64,000 nucleotides of DNA from Octopus sinensis (taxonomy: Eukaryota): NCBI RefSeq assembly GCF_006345805.1, contig NC_042999.1, positions 127,968,001 through 128,032,000 of the forward strand, read 5' to 3'. This document shows, piece after piece, positions 13,763-26,720 of the stretch. A program made the position numbers and the translations under genes. Positions within the stretch are counted from its first letter, which is position 1; each line of letters begins with the position of its first letter. The notes below the pieces were generated by a model that did not search any database, was not told where the DNA came from, and was given only the letters and a program-made list of their open reading frames with translations.

Positions 13763-14002
13763 TTAACCATGTAGCATTCAGATTACTCTGTCAAATGTAA
13801 TGTTTATTTATTCACATTATTTTGAATTAATCATGCATTATCTCATACCTTTGAGATTTCAGTGAATGAATGTGTATTTTTAGAATGACATTGTAGGGTA
13901 AGTGTAAAAAGTTGGATCTGGCTAGTTTGAACATAAAACAGGTTGAATATTTTCTTCCTGCTTTTAAACTGGATATGGCTGGTTTAAATGCTAAAGGGTT
14001 AA
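13763..14002. mobile_element. TTAA-flanked MITE (piggyBac-like ends); other copies at 29426-29653, 42780-43428 (interrupted), 43700-43927, 63369-63996 (interrupted)
   Basis: Family ends ttaaccctttagcatt...aatgctaaagggttaa (degenerate in some copies) and a shared ~230-bp internal sequence. Confidence 0.8.
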
Positions 14003-14139
14003 ATCCTTGTTATTATTAAACAAAGTAGCCTTCTTTCTCACAACTCTGACTAAACCATGTCCATTGTTAAGGGTAACGGATCAAATATTGAGATAATCCT
14101 CATAGGTAATCCTTTGTCTTTTATTTATTTATTTTTCAG

Positions 14140-14278
14140 AACTCTGTTGACAGTGTACAGCCTCAGTTTCTAGAATTTTTACAGTCCCTTGGTTGGCCTG
14201 TGTTTGTACGGAAACATGCTGGCTGGACAGGTAATTTATCGACCAGCTGGAAAGTTATTCATGAAGAAGATGTTAATG
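14140..14278 (+). CDS. RALGAPB: RALGAPB coding exon
   Basis: tttttcag|...|gtaaga. Encodes NSVDSVQPQFLEFLQSLGWPVFVRKHAGWTGNLSTSWK. Confidence 0.95.
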
Positions 14279-14395
14279 GTAAGAAATATAAACATTTTTT
14301 TAATATTATTCATCTGTCTGAACTTCGAGCTTCCTTGTTTGTGTAGAAACTGAAATGATAATATATATTTCTCCTTATCTTTGTTTACTTTATAG

Positions 14396-14551
14396 AAGAT
14401 GAAATTCCTTCCAATACGGGTGGCAGTATTTATGATGGTCGGCAACAAATCCTTTACTGGGCAGATGTCTCTTCTGAAGTAGCATTTGTAGTTCCTTCAA
14501 CAGATACAATACACAATGGATCAACCACAGGAGTGAATGAACAAGATGCTG
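14396..14551 (+). CDS. RALGAPB: RALGAPB coding exon
   Basis: ctttatag|...|gtaagc. Encodes GGSIYDGRQQILYWADVSSEVAFVVPS (cf. [27 protein letters not shown]). Confidence 0.95.
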
Positions 14552-15100
14552 GTAAGCTTAACAAGCTGGGCTTTTTTTATTTTTCATATTTATTTTAGTT
14601 TGCTAAAATACTTTCTGTTTACAAAATTTTCTGTTATTTAACTAACATTGTAATAAAAGAAGAACTAATGATAGTATAGATCGAAACTTAGCTGGAAAGG
14701 CATTAAGGACTCTTATTACTTTTGGTTTCTCTGTATATATACAACAGCTTAAGTATAATTCTGTTACATAGCATGGACTTTGAAGACAAAGAGACTGGGT
14801 TGTGTCAATGAAAGTAAGATAGGTGCCTGGGTGTGAAAACAATATTGGCACATGCAGGGAAAATGAATACATCAGTTTAGATATGTAATGTAAATAAATG
14901 ATCATTAAGTTCTACTAAGATTGGCTTTGACAATTATCTCTCCAGTAATATACTGTTGTTGATTCAATTTACTAATATAATCTTCCTTAACAAAAAAGAA
15001 AAAACAATTTGCCTTGAGCTTAAATAAGAAACCAATTTCTTGAATTCTGAATAATTTATTTTGAGTGATTCAAATGCCATCTTTTGATCTTTGATTTTAG

Positions 15101-15351
15101 ACAAAAACCAGTCAGGATCCTTCAGTAAAAAGTTCTCAACGGAACTGATCTCAATTTGACCAAACCAAAGTCTCTTATCTTGTTGGCAGACAAAAATGGT
15201 AAAGAAAAAGAGAGTCCTGGTTCACCTCCAGAAGTTCCAATAATGAGAGGCAAAAAATATGGTCGTCATTCATCTTTGGCCGTTGGGCCAGACACACGGG
15301 TGTTTGTAGTATGGTTAGAAAGCTTTGAAGACTGTGATAATTTTCCTTCCA
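15101..15351 (+). CDS. RALGAPB: RALGAPB coding exon (5' boundary uncertain; apparent 1-nt frameshift)
   Basis: The 3' part encodes LTKPKSLIL...VGPDTRVFVVWLESFEDCDNFPS|gtaagt. The strong acceptor at 15100 is out of frame with this by one base; a weak aag acceptor at 15132 is in frame. Confidence 0.85.
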
Positions 15352-15925
15352 GTAAGTATTTTTTCACTGTTCAACTCTCAGAAGATATTTTTGTCATAAT
15401 TTCTACATTAGCATCCTCAGAATTTGATTTATTTCACATCTCTTCTGACCACTGTCTCTTCTTTCTTCTATTCATGCTCATCATTGTCACTTAATGTCCA
15501 CTTTCCCATACTTGCATGGATTGGACAGATTTATTGAGATGTATTTTTCTATGACTGGATACCCTTCCTGACATCAATCCCCACCTGTTTCCAAACAAGG
15601 TAATATTTTCCTATTACCAGACATGTCCTGGAAGATTGGAAATGAAGGGCACTGTTTGCATGCTAGTGACATTCAACTATCGCATGATATCAGTGCAAGG
15701 AGATTGTAACATGTGCGCGCGCACACACGCACACACACACACACACACACCACACACACACACACAATGGGCTTCATTCTGTTTCTGTGTACCAAATCCA
15801 TTTACAAGATGTTTGGTCAGCCTGAAGCTAGAGTAGTAGACACTTGCCTAAGACAGTGGGACTGAATACAGAACCATGTAGTTGAGAAGCAAGCCACACA
15901 GCCATATTTGCACATATATATATAT

Positions 15926-16130
15926 AAGCTGCAAAATTATCACAGAACTGTTACACAGAGTCTTGTGTTTCCATTTGTCAGACAGTTCTGTCTAATGGAC
16001 TGGAATGTGAACCTCTGAGTAACAGTTCTGTGATAATTTTGCAGCTTTAATAAAACAAAAAAAGTATATCACTCTACCTTTGGTATTCAAGTACTATTTT
16101 TTCCACTTTGTTTTACACTTACGTGCTCAC
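15926..16130 (+). mobile_element. Penelope-type pLTR remnant with inverted duplication
   Basis: Starts in (TA)n. 35-bp arms at 15926-15960 and 16013-16047 are reverse complements with one mismatch. A degenerate hammerhead-like core lies between and across them. Confidence 0.55.
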
Positions 16131-17002
16131 CTGTGCACACACACATATACATATTCTGGTTTCAGTCGTTCAACTGCAGTCAAGCGGGGATACCACTTTC
16201 GAAGTTTTAGTCAATCAAATCGACCCTAAGATCTATTTTAAGTCCAGTATTTATTCTAACAGTCTTTTTAGCTAAACTACTAAGTTATGGAGGATGTAAA
16301 CAGTCCAACACTGGTTGTGAAGCAGTGAGAGACAACACACACACAGAGCAGGCTTCCACACAGTCTCTTCTTCCAAATTTACTTACAAGGAATTAGTTGG
16401 CCTATGTCTATAGTACTTCCCCAAAGTGCTGAACAGTAGGACTGAACTTAACAACATGTATCTTCATGTCGTGTTTGTCCCCCACCACTGCTTGTCAACG
16501 GGTGTTGGTTAGTCTACATCCCCATAAGTGACCAATACAATAAGTCCCAGACTTAGAAAAATAAAATAAGTACTGAGGTCAATTTGTTTCACTAAACCCT
16601 TCAAGACGGTATCCCAGCATGGCTGCAGTCTAATGAATGAATGAATGAATGATACTAGTAAAAAGTGAAAGTCTTTCATTCACTTCATACTAATGAAGAT
16701 ATAATTATGTACCAGCTTCTTCCATAAATTTTACCCAAGTTGAGCTTTAGGGCTGGTGCTGACATGAAGAAGTAAAAATATTCTGTTTGTATAGTTTCCA
16801 CTTTTATTGGAGACCAAATCATTTCCTGTTGCTATGCTGCTAGTAAAAATATTTGTTCAATGATTTCCAAGTGAAAGTCTTTTTTAAGGTCTGTATTGCA
16901 TTGTCTATATGTTGAAAGACATAGAAGCAAACACACACACATACATAAACAAACAACCCCTCCCCACAAAAAAAAAAATTATATATATATATATATATAT
17001 AT

Positions 17003-17421
17003 ATCAAAATCGAAATCAAATTCGATGACTGGCATCTGTACTAGCAGGGTGCAAAGAGCACCATACGAGTGTGATCGTTGACAGAGTGGCTAACCGGCTT
17101 CCATGTCAGTGGCACGTAAAACGGCACCATTCGAGCATGATCATTACCAACGTCGCTATTACTGGCACCTGTGCCAGTGGCATGCATAAAAAGATTCGAG
17201 CAAGGTCATTGCCAGTACTGCCTGACTGGCCCCTGTGCAGGTGGGTCGTAAGAAGCACCCACTACACTCTCAAAGTGGTTGGCATTAGGAAGGACATCCA
17301 GCTGTAGAAACTCTGCCAGATCAAGATTGGGGCCTGGTGCAGCCATCTGGTTCGCCAGCCCTCAGTCAAAATCGTCCAACCCATGCTAGCATGGAAAGCG
17401 GACGTTAAACGATGATGATGA
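17003..17421 (+). mobile_element. RTE LINE 3' UTR / (GAT)n tail repeat; other copies ~19690-20240 (+), 21675-22101 (+), 4600-5030 (-), 20800-20960 (-), 31335-31490 (-), 51514-51658 (+), 61160-61610 (-)
   Basis: Shared ...ggttggcgttaggaagggcatccagctgtagaaac...ccaacccatgctagcatggaaagcggacgttaaacgatgatgatg ending, continuous with RTE coding remnants at 11.0 kb and 4.9 kb. Confidence 0.8.
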
Positions 17422-17820
17422 TACACACACATACATACATATAGTCTTTTTTTGAAGTCTATGTTGCATTGTGTTGACAAACTTGCACTTGAAATTCTTG
17501 CATTTTTAATCAAAATTTGTTAGTTACTATGGTGACAACACTACCTATAATATAAGTTAGGAAAACTTACTAGATTGACAGAGGTGGTTGTAATGAGACT
17601 AGCCAACTTTGGACACTATGAAGACAGTGATGTTTCATTAATTTGATTGATATATCACCTTTGATGACTGGAACACTCCCTCAAAATCAGATGAGGTGTC
17701 ACATTCTTTTTTAGTGTCATTATTTTCAATAATGACTACATCAACAAACCTAACAATATTAGTGTCACAAATGATAAAGGATTTACTGTTTTTCATGCTA
17801 TTTATTTGGTTACCTTTTAG

Positions 17821-17974
17821 ATGACTTACTAAGTTACACCAACACAGGAATGGAGCAGTATAGCTACAATTCCAGTGCATCAACAACTCAGAGAAACCAA
17901 GAGATATATATTATATTTATTCATGCGTTACAAAATGGTTTATTCCGAGTGCGAATGCAAGGGCCAACTAAACG
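17821..17974 (+). CDS. RALGAPB: RALGAPB coding exon
   Basis: ccttttag|...|gtaagt. Encodes DLLSYTNTGMEQYSYNSSASTTQRNQEIYIIFIHALQNGLFRVRMQGPTK. Confidence 0.94.
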
Positions 17975-20900
17975 GTAAGTTAATTCAGTCTGCCAAAACA
18001 TTGTTAAAAGAGTTGGAATTTGATTCTTTTTATTATGTTAAGATTGCTTTTTTACATGATGAAAAAAAATGAAATTCAATATTTTACCACCTTTATCAGT
18101 CTCATCCTTTTCATGTAAGGAACTGTTATAGGAACAAAGAAGAAAATGTTATTCAAACTGCAAAAGAAGAGTTGGCTGAGTAGATAACGAACTGTTGTTT
18201 TGACCTTCAAATTGAAATGTATATTTAAATATACTAGATTTAACTGCTAAACTGTTTGTTTTGTAAATCTTGGATATGTATAGTCTTTTCTAGAACAGAG
18301 CCTAGTATGATTTGTTTTTGTTTAGCTTCATATTTCCTGATTAAGCAGACCTCCAACCATGACCATCTTTTATTTCTGAAGGCGCTAAGTATCTATCACT
18401 ATATTATTCAGTGTAGATTTAGATAGCATCATTTCTTTTTGACTCACTAGAGAAATTTGGCTGCTATTTCAAACAGGTGGAGCAATTTATTTTGCTCCCT
18501 ATCATTGAAATAATAAATCTATTCGGTGAAGAATATTGTTCTTTCTTTTAAAAATGCTATGATCTACCTTTCTCAAAGTTCCTCTTCCTCTTACACTTCT
18601 ATCTATACAAGCCAAGATGTGATGCTCATAACTGAAATGCTTATACCAATTAGATAATACAGTTCTATATATACAGAACTGTATTATCTAATCGGTCCGG
18701 AGCCAACTTTAGGCTTCAATGGAAACATATACAGAAACTCCATCAAAAACTAGCTCAGCTTTCAAACCATCTAACTTTCCTGTGTAGATGTAGAGACTCA
18801 AAGCTAATTCCACCTGGCTTGAATATAATGACACCAGTGGATTTATATAAAGCTAGAAGAGTAGCGGAAAGTGCAGGACATGCCCATGTAGAAGTCTCCC
18901 CCCGTTGGTTTGTCAAATTTTAGTCACTTTTGAAAGGCCCGATTTTTATATATGCTTTTCACTTCTCATATGTGTGTGTGTGCGTGCGTGCGTGCGTGTG
19001 TGTGTATCGGAGTCCTTAGTTTTAATGATATAATTTGCTGATAATTAAGGAAATCATCCAGTTATAGAGCAAGTAGAGCAATTTGCGAAATGTAATTTGT
19101 TTATTTAGTCTTATTGTATTTTCAACTCACCGTGACTCATGAGTACTTAATTGTTAAGTAGTAGTGGGAAAAGAGAAAAAAAACTGTTTGTCTACACAGA
19201 TATTTTTTCTCTAATGATCCACTACTTATTCTCAAATTTCATTCCATTCCATTTTACTCTATCCTTAATAGGATCTGTAATTTGATACAGCCTTGACATA
19301 TATTGTGTCACTAATTTCTGCAGTAATGTGTTATTTTTGCAGAGCTGAGATAATGTTCTAATACTCCATCCTACTTCCTTTTGAAAAATCCTGCTTTCTT
19401 CTAATGGGAATTATTGAAATTAGCATTGGAAGCGAGTAAATCATTTATTGTATTTATAGTGTTGCTGCTATAATTCAGCTGTCATTAAACATATACATAT
19501 ATAACCAAAAGCATTCCAACCACCATTGTCTTTCATAGTGTACCTAGGATTACACTATCCAACATGTCCTTTCTTTTTCAAACTGCCTGAAATGGCTCCT
19601 TGTTCTGTGATACAAACTTCATGTTTTGAAGTGATTTAAATTAAAACTTTCCATCAAAATTTCATGTTTATTTATTTTCCAAACAACGCCATAACCCATG
19701 GCCCCTACCTCGGACGTAGTCAGGCCACCTGTGCATACCTTCCTTCTTGGGACACATAACTCTACTTGTGAAGACCTGTTGAGGCTAGTGAAAATCAAAA
19801 ATCAAAAAATCAAATCAAAATCGAAATCAATCAACATCAATGGAATTTGTAGTTTTGTGGTACCAGTGCCAGTGGCACATAAGAAAACCATCCGAACGTG
19901 GCCATAGCCAGTACCGCATCGACTGGCCTCCGTGCTGGTGGCACGTAACAAGCACCATCCGATCGTGGCCGTGACAGCCTCGCCTGGCCTCCGTGCCAGT
20001 GGCACCTAAAAAACATCGACCGAGCATGGCCGTTCGCCAGCCTCGTCTGGCACCTGTGTCGGTGGCACATTAAAAGCACCCACTACACTCACGGAGTAGT
20101 TGGCGTTAGGAAGGGCATCCAGCTGTAGAAACACTGCCAGATCTGACTGGCCTGGTGCAGCCTTCGGGCTTCCTAGACCCCAGTTGAACCGTCCAACCCA
20201 TGCTAGCATGGAAAGCGGACGCTAAACGATGATGATGATTTTCAAAACTAATCAAAACAAAAGGTAATGTATTTAGGAAAGAAACAAAAGAGTTAAAACA
20301 AGTATGGTTTGAGGGTTGTGGTTGCTGCCAATGATGCTTGTCACTGGCTTGCTGCTCTTGTTGTCTACAGCTATGAGCTATACTACTTTAGGGTAACTGT
20401 ATAGGGTTGAAAGTTTAGTATATTTGCTAAAAAAAACACAAACTAGTATATGACAAATGGTACAGCCAACCGACTTTTCTCAAGATTGTGCTGAGAGATA
20501 CGGAGGAGCCAAATGTAATTAATAAGAAAGAAGACTGCATTGATATGGTCATGTGATGCATATGAATGCAGACAGTTGTACAAAAAAAGTGCTGTTCACT
20601 TAATGTATATCGGGAATGCAGTAAAGAGGAGACATAGGAAGACATGGAATGAAGTGGTAAAGGCTGATTTCAGGACCTTGAGCTTCGGGGAAGATTACAA
20701 GTAACTGGGATGACTGGCAATAGGCAGTTCAAGAAGGCCCTCCCAACTAGGTAAAGTTATGGAAGCATTGTGTGTGTGTGTGTGTGCATATGAGAGGTCA
20801 TCATCATTGTCATTAAGCGTCCCTTTTTCCATGCTGACATGGGTTGAACAGTTTGACATGTACTGACTAGCCAGAGGGCTGCACCAAGCTCCTATGTCTG

Positions 20901-21677
20901 CTTTAACGTGGTTTCTATGGCTGAATGCCCTTCCTCATGTCAACCATTTTACAAAGTGCTCTGAATGCTTTATTTTCATGGCACAAGCGAAGTCACCAAG
21001 TAGCTGCAAGACAACACTCTTCAACTGAGGCTATAGTATTGAGGGATATGAAAGTATGGTAGGGATGCAGGTGCCGGAACAGGTGTCTTACTGAAGGCGA
21101 ATAAACCTGACTTCTTTCTTTGGAAAGAGAAAGGTCAACATACAAAGTGAATATGAAAGAGAATAGGATAAATAAATAGAAAATGTGAGTGAGTAGGTAA
21201 GTGCACTAGACTGGAAAGTGTGACTAGATATGGGAATAGAGTTGGACACTGAATATCAGTTTGGGGAAAGTGAGGTAAAGGAAGGAAACAGAAGGTTATA
21301 AAGGACAGTAGGAGGGATACAACATGGCAGACAACCTGATAAGACCTCATTTTTGCTGAAATAGATGGGTCTTTTCAAATATAGCATATTGCCACTCTCC
21401 TTGACCCCTTTTCATTTCCCATAAGAGACTCGACATCTTGGTGTCAGTCTTCACCACTTTATCCTGCATCTTCCTCTTCCACAAGTTCCTATGTTTAGTG
21501 AATAGCTCTATTTTTATACACAAATATCTAAAAGCTATCAGCCATTATTGAATTAGAACTCATATGTTATTGATAAAGCTGAAAATCTTCAACAAAATAC
21601 AAATGATTTAAAATTATTATCACATGTATTTGTTGAGTTAAACATAACTAATTCAATATACAAAAATGAACTCCCCT

Positions 21678-21900
21678 GCCGGTGGCACGTAAAAAGCACC
21701 ATCTGATTGTGGCCGTTACCAGCCTCGCCTGGCCTCCATGACGGTGGCACGTAAAAAGCACCATCCGATTGTGGCCGTTACCAGCCTCACCTGGCCCCCA
21801 TGCCGGTGGCATGTAAAAAGCACCATCCGATTGTGGCCGTTACCAGCCTTGCTTGGCCCCCATACCGGTGGCACGTAAAAAGCACCATCCGACCGTAGCC
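21678..21900 (+). repeat. 62-bp tandem subrepeat in RTE 3' UTR
   Basis: ggtggcacgtaaaaagcaccatccgattgtggccgttaccagcc... units start at 21681, 21743, 21805 and 21867. Confidence 0.9.
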
Positions 21901-22310
21901 GTTTGCCAGACGGGGCTGGCACATAAAAAGCACCCACTACACTCACGGAGTGGTTGGCGTTAGGAAGGGCATCCAGCCGTAGAAACATTGTCAGATCAGA
22001 CTGGGCCTGGTGCAGCCTTCTGGCTTTCCAGACCCTAGTTGAACCGTCCAACCCATGCTAGCATGGAAAGCGGACGCTAAATGATGATGATGATGATGAT
22101 GAATGCATATAAGGATGAATGTTCAAGTTTTAGAGCACAGTTTTGTATCACCTAGGTGTTTGAAATTTGATATTTTCCGATACTTTCTATAAACTCTGGC
22201 ATAGCCAAAGTACTGCTGGTAGTTCTATATAAAAGAGGTTAATGTGATGGAAGCATATTTTTTGCAAGCTGAAGCTGATTGTCATATATTTCTATTATTC
22301 TTGTCCACAG

Positions 22311-22427
22311 AGTTGCCATGGCAATACCTCTTGTTGATGGAATGGTAGTAAGTCGACGATCTTTAGGAACTCTTGTTAGACAAACAGCCATAAACATATG
22401 CCGGCGGAACAGATTGGAAAGTGAATC
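22311..22427 (+). CDS. RALGAPB: RALGAPB coding exon
   Basis: gtccacag|...|gtaagt. Encodes [38 protein letters not shown]. Confidence 0.96.
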
Positions 22428-24700
22428 GTAAGTATATGCTTGTTCTTAGTATTTTCGTTTAATAGTTAAGCAGAACGGAATCAGTGTAAAATACTATATT
22501 ATTGACAAAAACAATATATTTTTTGCAAAATCTTGTCTATCTGTTCATGTTCCTAAATAATTTTAAGTATCATATTTACTTCAGAAGTTGTATAAAGTAT
22601 TATTGGATCTTGCAACAGTTTTAACCATGAGTATTCCAGTTGTTCAATCTTTCTAATGTGAATTATAATATAACAGCTGGGTATCCCACGGACACTTGTA
22701 TTCTTAAAGAGTTGCCAGGCAGAGGGAGCTGGTTTCCAACAAAGATACAAGTCTCTATCTTTAGGATGTAGTTAATACAAACAGATTCACATTTGGAACT
22801 TGAGGAAAGTCTTGCATATTTTTTAATGTTCCACTCACAGATCGCACTTGTAATGTATGAATTAGCCAGTCGATTTCTCTTTCTGAAAATCCCAGTTCAT
22901 CCAGATTCTCCTATAAAGAGTTACTAACAAAACCTAGTGCTCCAATTATTATTGGTTTGAATATGAATTCATAGTCTGGATATAGAAACTGGAGGTTTCA
23001 AAGCAGTTGTCCATAGATATCCTCTTTTTCTTTGATTTATGTATGTGTGTGTGCATGTGTGAATGAAATCATTTAATATATGCCTTCTATACTGGCTTGT
23101 GTTTGACAAGATCTGGTGAGTCAAAAGACAGCATAATGCTCCAGTGTTTGTTTTGTCATGGTTTCTTTGGCTGGACGTCCTTTACAGAGTGTACTTGGTC
23201 CTTTTTTCAAGGTACCAACACTGGTAAGTGAAGTCATGTAACTCACAAAACTAAAAGGCACCCTTGACTGAGTGGAAGTGTAGAAGATAGGGAGCCAGCT
23301 TTATGATAGTTGTTGAGAGGCTAAAGTATGATAGCAGGGACAGGAGCAGGTTTGTTGATATGGAGGAGATATGTAGCTACCTTGCATTGTATGTATAAGG
23401 GTAGGTAAGAATAACTGAGTTGGAGCTGGAAAGTGAGGCAGACATGGGGATGAGGCAGTGTCAGAGTGTGCACTCAAGGGACAAGAAGGTGAATAGAAGG
23501 GAACGTGGAAAAAGAGGGTTGAAAAGAAGGCAATGAATGTAGTGAATAAGGGTGGAGGGGTAGTCAGTGGTAAATTCACATTGGAGGAAGGTAAAAGAGA
23601 CGTGGGTTGACTAGCAGTTGCATACATGTATGTGTGTGTTTGCATTCTGGGATCTTTTCAGCTGTTGTCACTAATTTGGAAATTTTGGAATTAAGTGAAA
23701 AATTTTCAGATTTGGTGTATTGGTGTAATTTTTCATACTGAATCCAAATTTGGGATTCACGTATTCCCAGAATAATTTAGAAAAATGTTAGAGATGTTCA
23801 AAGTTTGATAAATTGCCCAAGGTGACATGCAGTAGGACTGAACCCATAGTTATGTGGTTGGGAAGCAAACTTCTTACCACACAGCCATGCCACAGCTGTT
23901 GGATGAATGTTGATCAATAAGGCTACATTAATATTATACTAGTGAGAAGACCAATCAGAAAAAAAAAACGAAAGCCATGCATTTTCTGTGTAATAGCTGT
24001 CTGTTTGCTAAATGACAGACAGAAATAACGCAGGCACAAAATGATAATGCTCTTCAAAACTTGTGGTGATGGTTGCAGTGGTGAAAATGTCACTTGCTCT
24101 AAATACAGTATCCTTATTACAATGAAAACAGGACAGATAACAGTTTTGCTTGTTACCATGGAAACACACCTATGTGAGATTTACAGTCATGTGTATAATG
24201 GTGGCTTTTGACTGGCTAAAATTACCCAAAATTTACAAACTTTTTATTAACTTTTTATTTATTTGGGAAAATGAATTTCATTTTCATAATTACCATACAA
24301 AACTAAATCAGTATAACGAAATTTGAAGATAATTGGAAAATAATTAGAATAGAATATATAAAGGGGGTGGAGAGAGAGATGGATGTGTGTGTTACTGTCT
24401 CCCTGTTACTATCATTTGATTGTTGGTTATAAACAAATGTCAGCATCATGCTGGTGTCTCCTTCATCTCTAGTATTCTGTGTCAACATATCTGGCCATGG
24501 AGTGGGTGAGGAATATTACCTTGCATGGAAAATTGGATATTAAAACAATAATGATGCTGATGATGATGATGCTATGTTGATTACTGAATGTACTAGAAAT
24601 ATTCACTACCGTATTCACTTATTTCTTACACTCATACACACACACACACACATACTTTTGTTCTGTTACAATTCATTGACAATTGTTTTCTCTGTTTCAG

Positions 24701-24818
24701 TTACCAGCCACCTCATGTACGTAGGAAAGTTAAGATTCAGGAGATAGTTAATAAACACCGGAGCAAAATGACTGTTCCAGAATTCTATGCAGCATTATTC
24801 CAGAACGTAGCCAAATGA
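24701..24818 (+). CDS. RALGAPB: RALGAPB last coding exon with TGA stop
   Basis: tgtttcag| then [38 protein letters not shown], matching the RalGAPbeta C-terminus. Confidence 0.96.
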
Positions 24819-26209
24819 ATACAAAGTCCAGAGCTGTTACGTTTGTGTGTATATATATAATATATGTATTGTATGATATTTGTATGCATGTATGTATGAA
24901 TGAATAAACAAGTATATATATATATATATATATACACATATATATATATATATGTGTGTGTGAAAGAAATATAAAGACAAACAGCTGTCGATCAAGAAGA
25001 AAGTATTGCAGTATTGGCAGCAATGATTAATATTACTATGAGTATTTGTCAGAATAAGTATTAATGGGTTTGGTAAATTGATTCCTAAATTTCTTTCATA
25101 ATGGAGAGATCCGTACCATGGAGATCCAGTCCTATTCACTGAACACTAAACCTCCTCTCCACCTGAGGATAAAACCACACTTCAAGGAGGGCTATTATTT
25201 TACAGAGATATTTTCTTGGCCAGTATTTTCAAAGTACGTTCATGTTTGTATATATATATACATATACATATGTATATATATATAATTTGCCACCAGAGAC
25301 AATATTGTCAAACAATTTCAGGTATTTAAAGCTGGCCGGAAACTATGTATTAGTTATAGAATGATTTAAAGATTGTATTACTAATACTTTGTTACAAAAA
25401 CATCATTACCCCAACAAAAATTACAGGGTTAAGATTAAGATGGAAAATATATCATATTACTGATATTTTTCATTTAATTTTTTTCTTACTCTTTTATCCT
25501 CTTTCTTAAATGTCCTGTTACTTTCCTCAGCACATTGTTACTAGTCTTTAATTAATGTAGGTTTTACCACATATTTTTCTCAGCTTTTTCTTTTTTTTTT
25601 TCACTGAAAAAAGAGAAAAAAAATACCTTTCTTCCTACTTTCATCTCACTAGAATAAACTTATTGTGCCAAATGTAGTATACTTCCATTTGCAATGGCAC
25701 TGGCTAATCTCTGGACATATGGTCCCCCGACAACATAACATTATTTTTTAGGATCCATCTCATTGACAGAATGACTCTGCGAAAGAGTGAAAGAGAGCAT
25801 GCGTATATGTGTGGCATTGACTGGCATGTGTGTGTGTGTGTGTGTGTGCGCACATGGGCAGGTACAAACTACCTACTACTTGATCCAGAGAACCAAAAAT
25901 GTGAAGTAGCCATATGTTCATAAATGTCATCATTGTAAACTGGTTTAGTTGTCAACTGTAAATATTATGTAGTGTCATCTGTAACCATGTATTTAATGTG
26001 TGTGTGTGTGTATATGTATGTATATACACACACATTCATATGTATGTATAGATATTTCTCCAACATCGTCTACCATAAACCACTATAATAATGTACCTAA
26101 CAGTGGCTATACTTTTCTATTACAACCTGCCAGTTCATAATTTACATTATTATTATTGCTGATCTTGTGTCTAAATTAGGAAAATCATTCATTATTATTA
26201 TTATTATTA

Positions 26210-26720
26210 AGGCAGCAAGCTGGTAGAATCATAAGCATGCCAAGCAAAAATGCTTAGTGATATTTTGTCCGTCTTTACGTTTGAGTTCAAATTCTGCGAA
26301 GGTTGACTTTGCCTTTCTCCCTTTCAGGGTTGATAAATTAAGTGTCAGTTGAACACTGGTCTCAATGTCATCGACTTATCCCCTCCCCTGAAATTTCTGG
26401 CCTTGTGCCAAAATTTGAAATCAGTATTATTATTGATAAAATGGTGAGCTAACATAAACATTAGCATACCAGATCAATTGCTTAGCAGCATTTCAGACAT
26501 TTTTATGTCCTGAATTCAAATTCTGCTAAGGTTGACTTTGCCTTTCATCCTTTTGGGGTTGATGAAATAAGTACCAGTTGAGCACTGAGGTTGATATAGT
26601 CAAATTCCAAGCCCTGTGCCCATAGTAGAAAGGGTTTTTATTATCATTGAATTTCAAATTCTACCAGGGTCAACTTTGCTTTTCATCCTTTTAGGGTCGA
26701 TAAAATGAGTACCATTCAAA
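26210..26720 (+). mobile_element. Tandem SINE family B copies in putative RALGAPB 3' UTR
   Basis: Three repeats of gagttcaaattc...gactttgcctttcatccttt..ggggtcgataaaat.agtacca. Confidence 0.75.

Noticed and set aside
21678-21900. CRISPR-like array
   Set aside because: Eukaryotic context, and whole 62-bp units repeat with no unique spacers.
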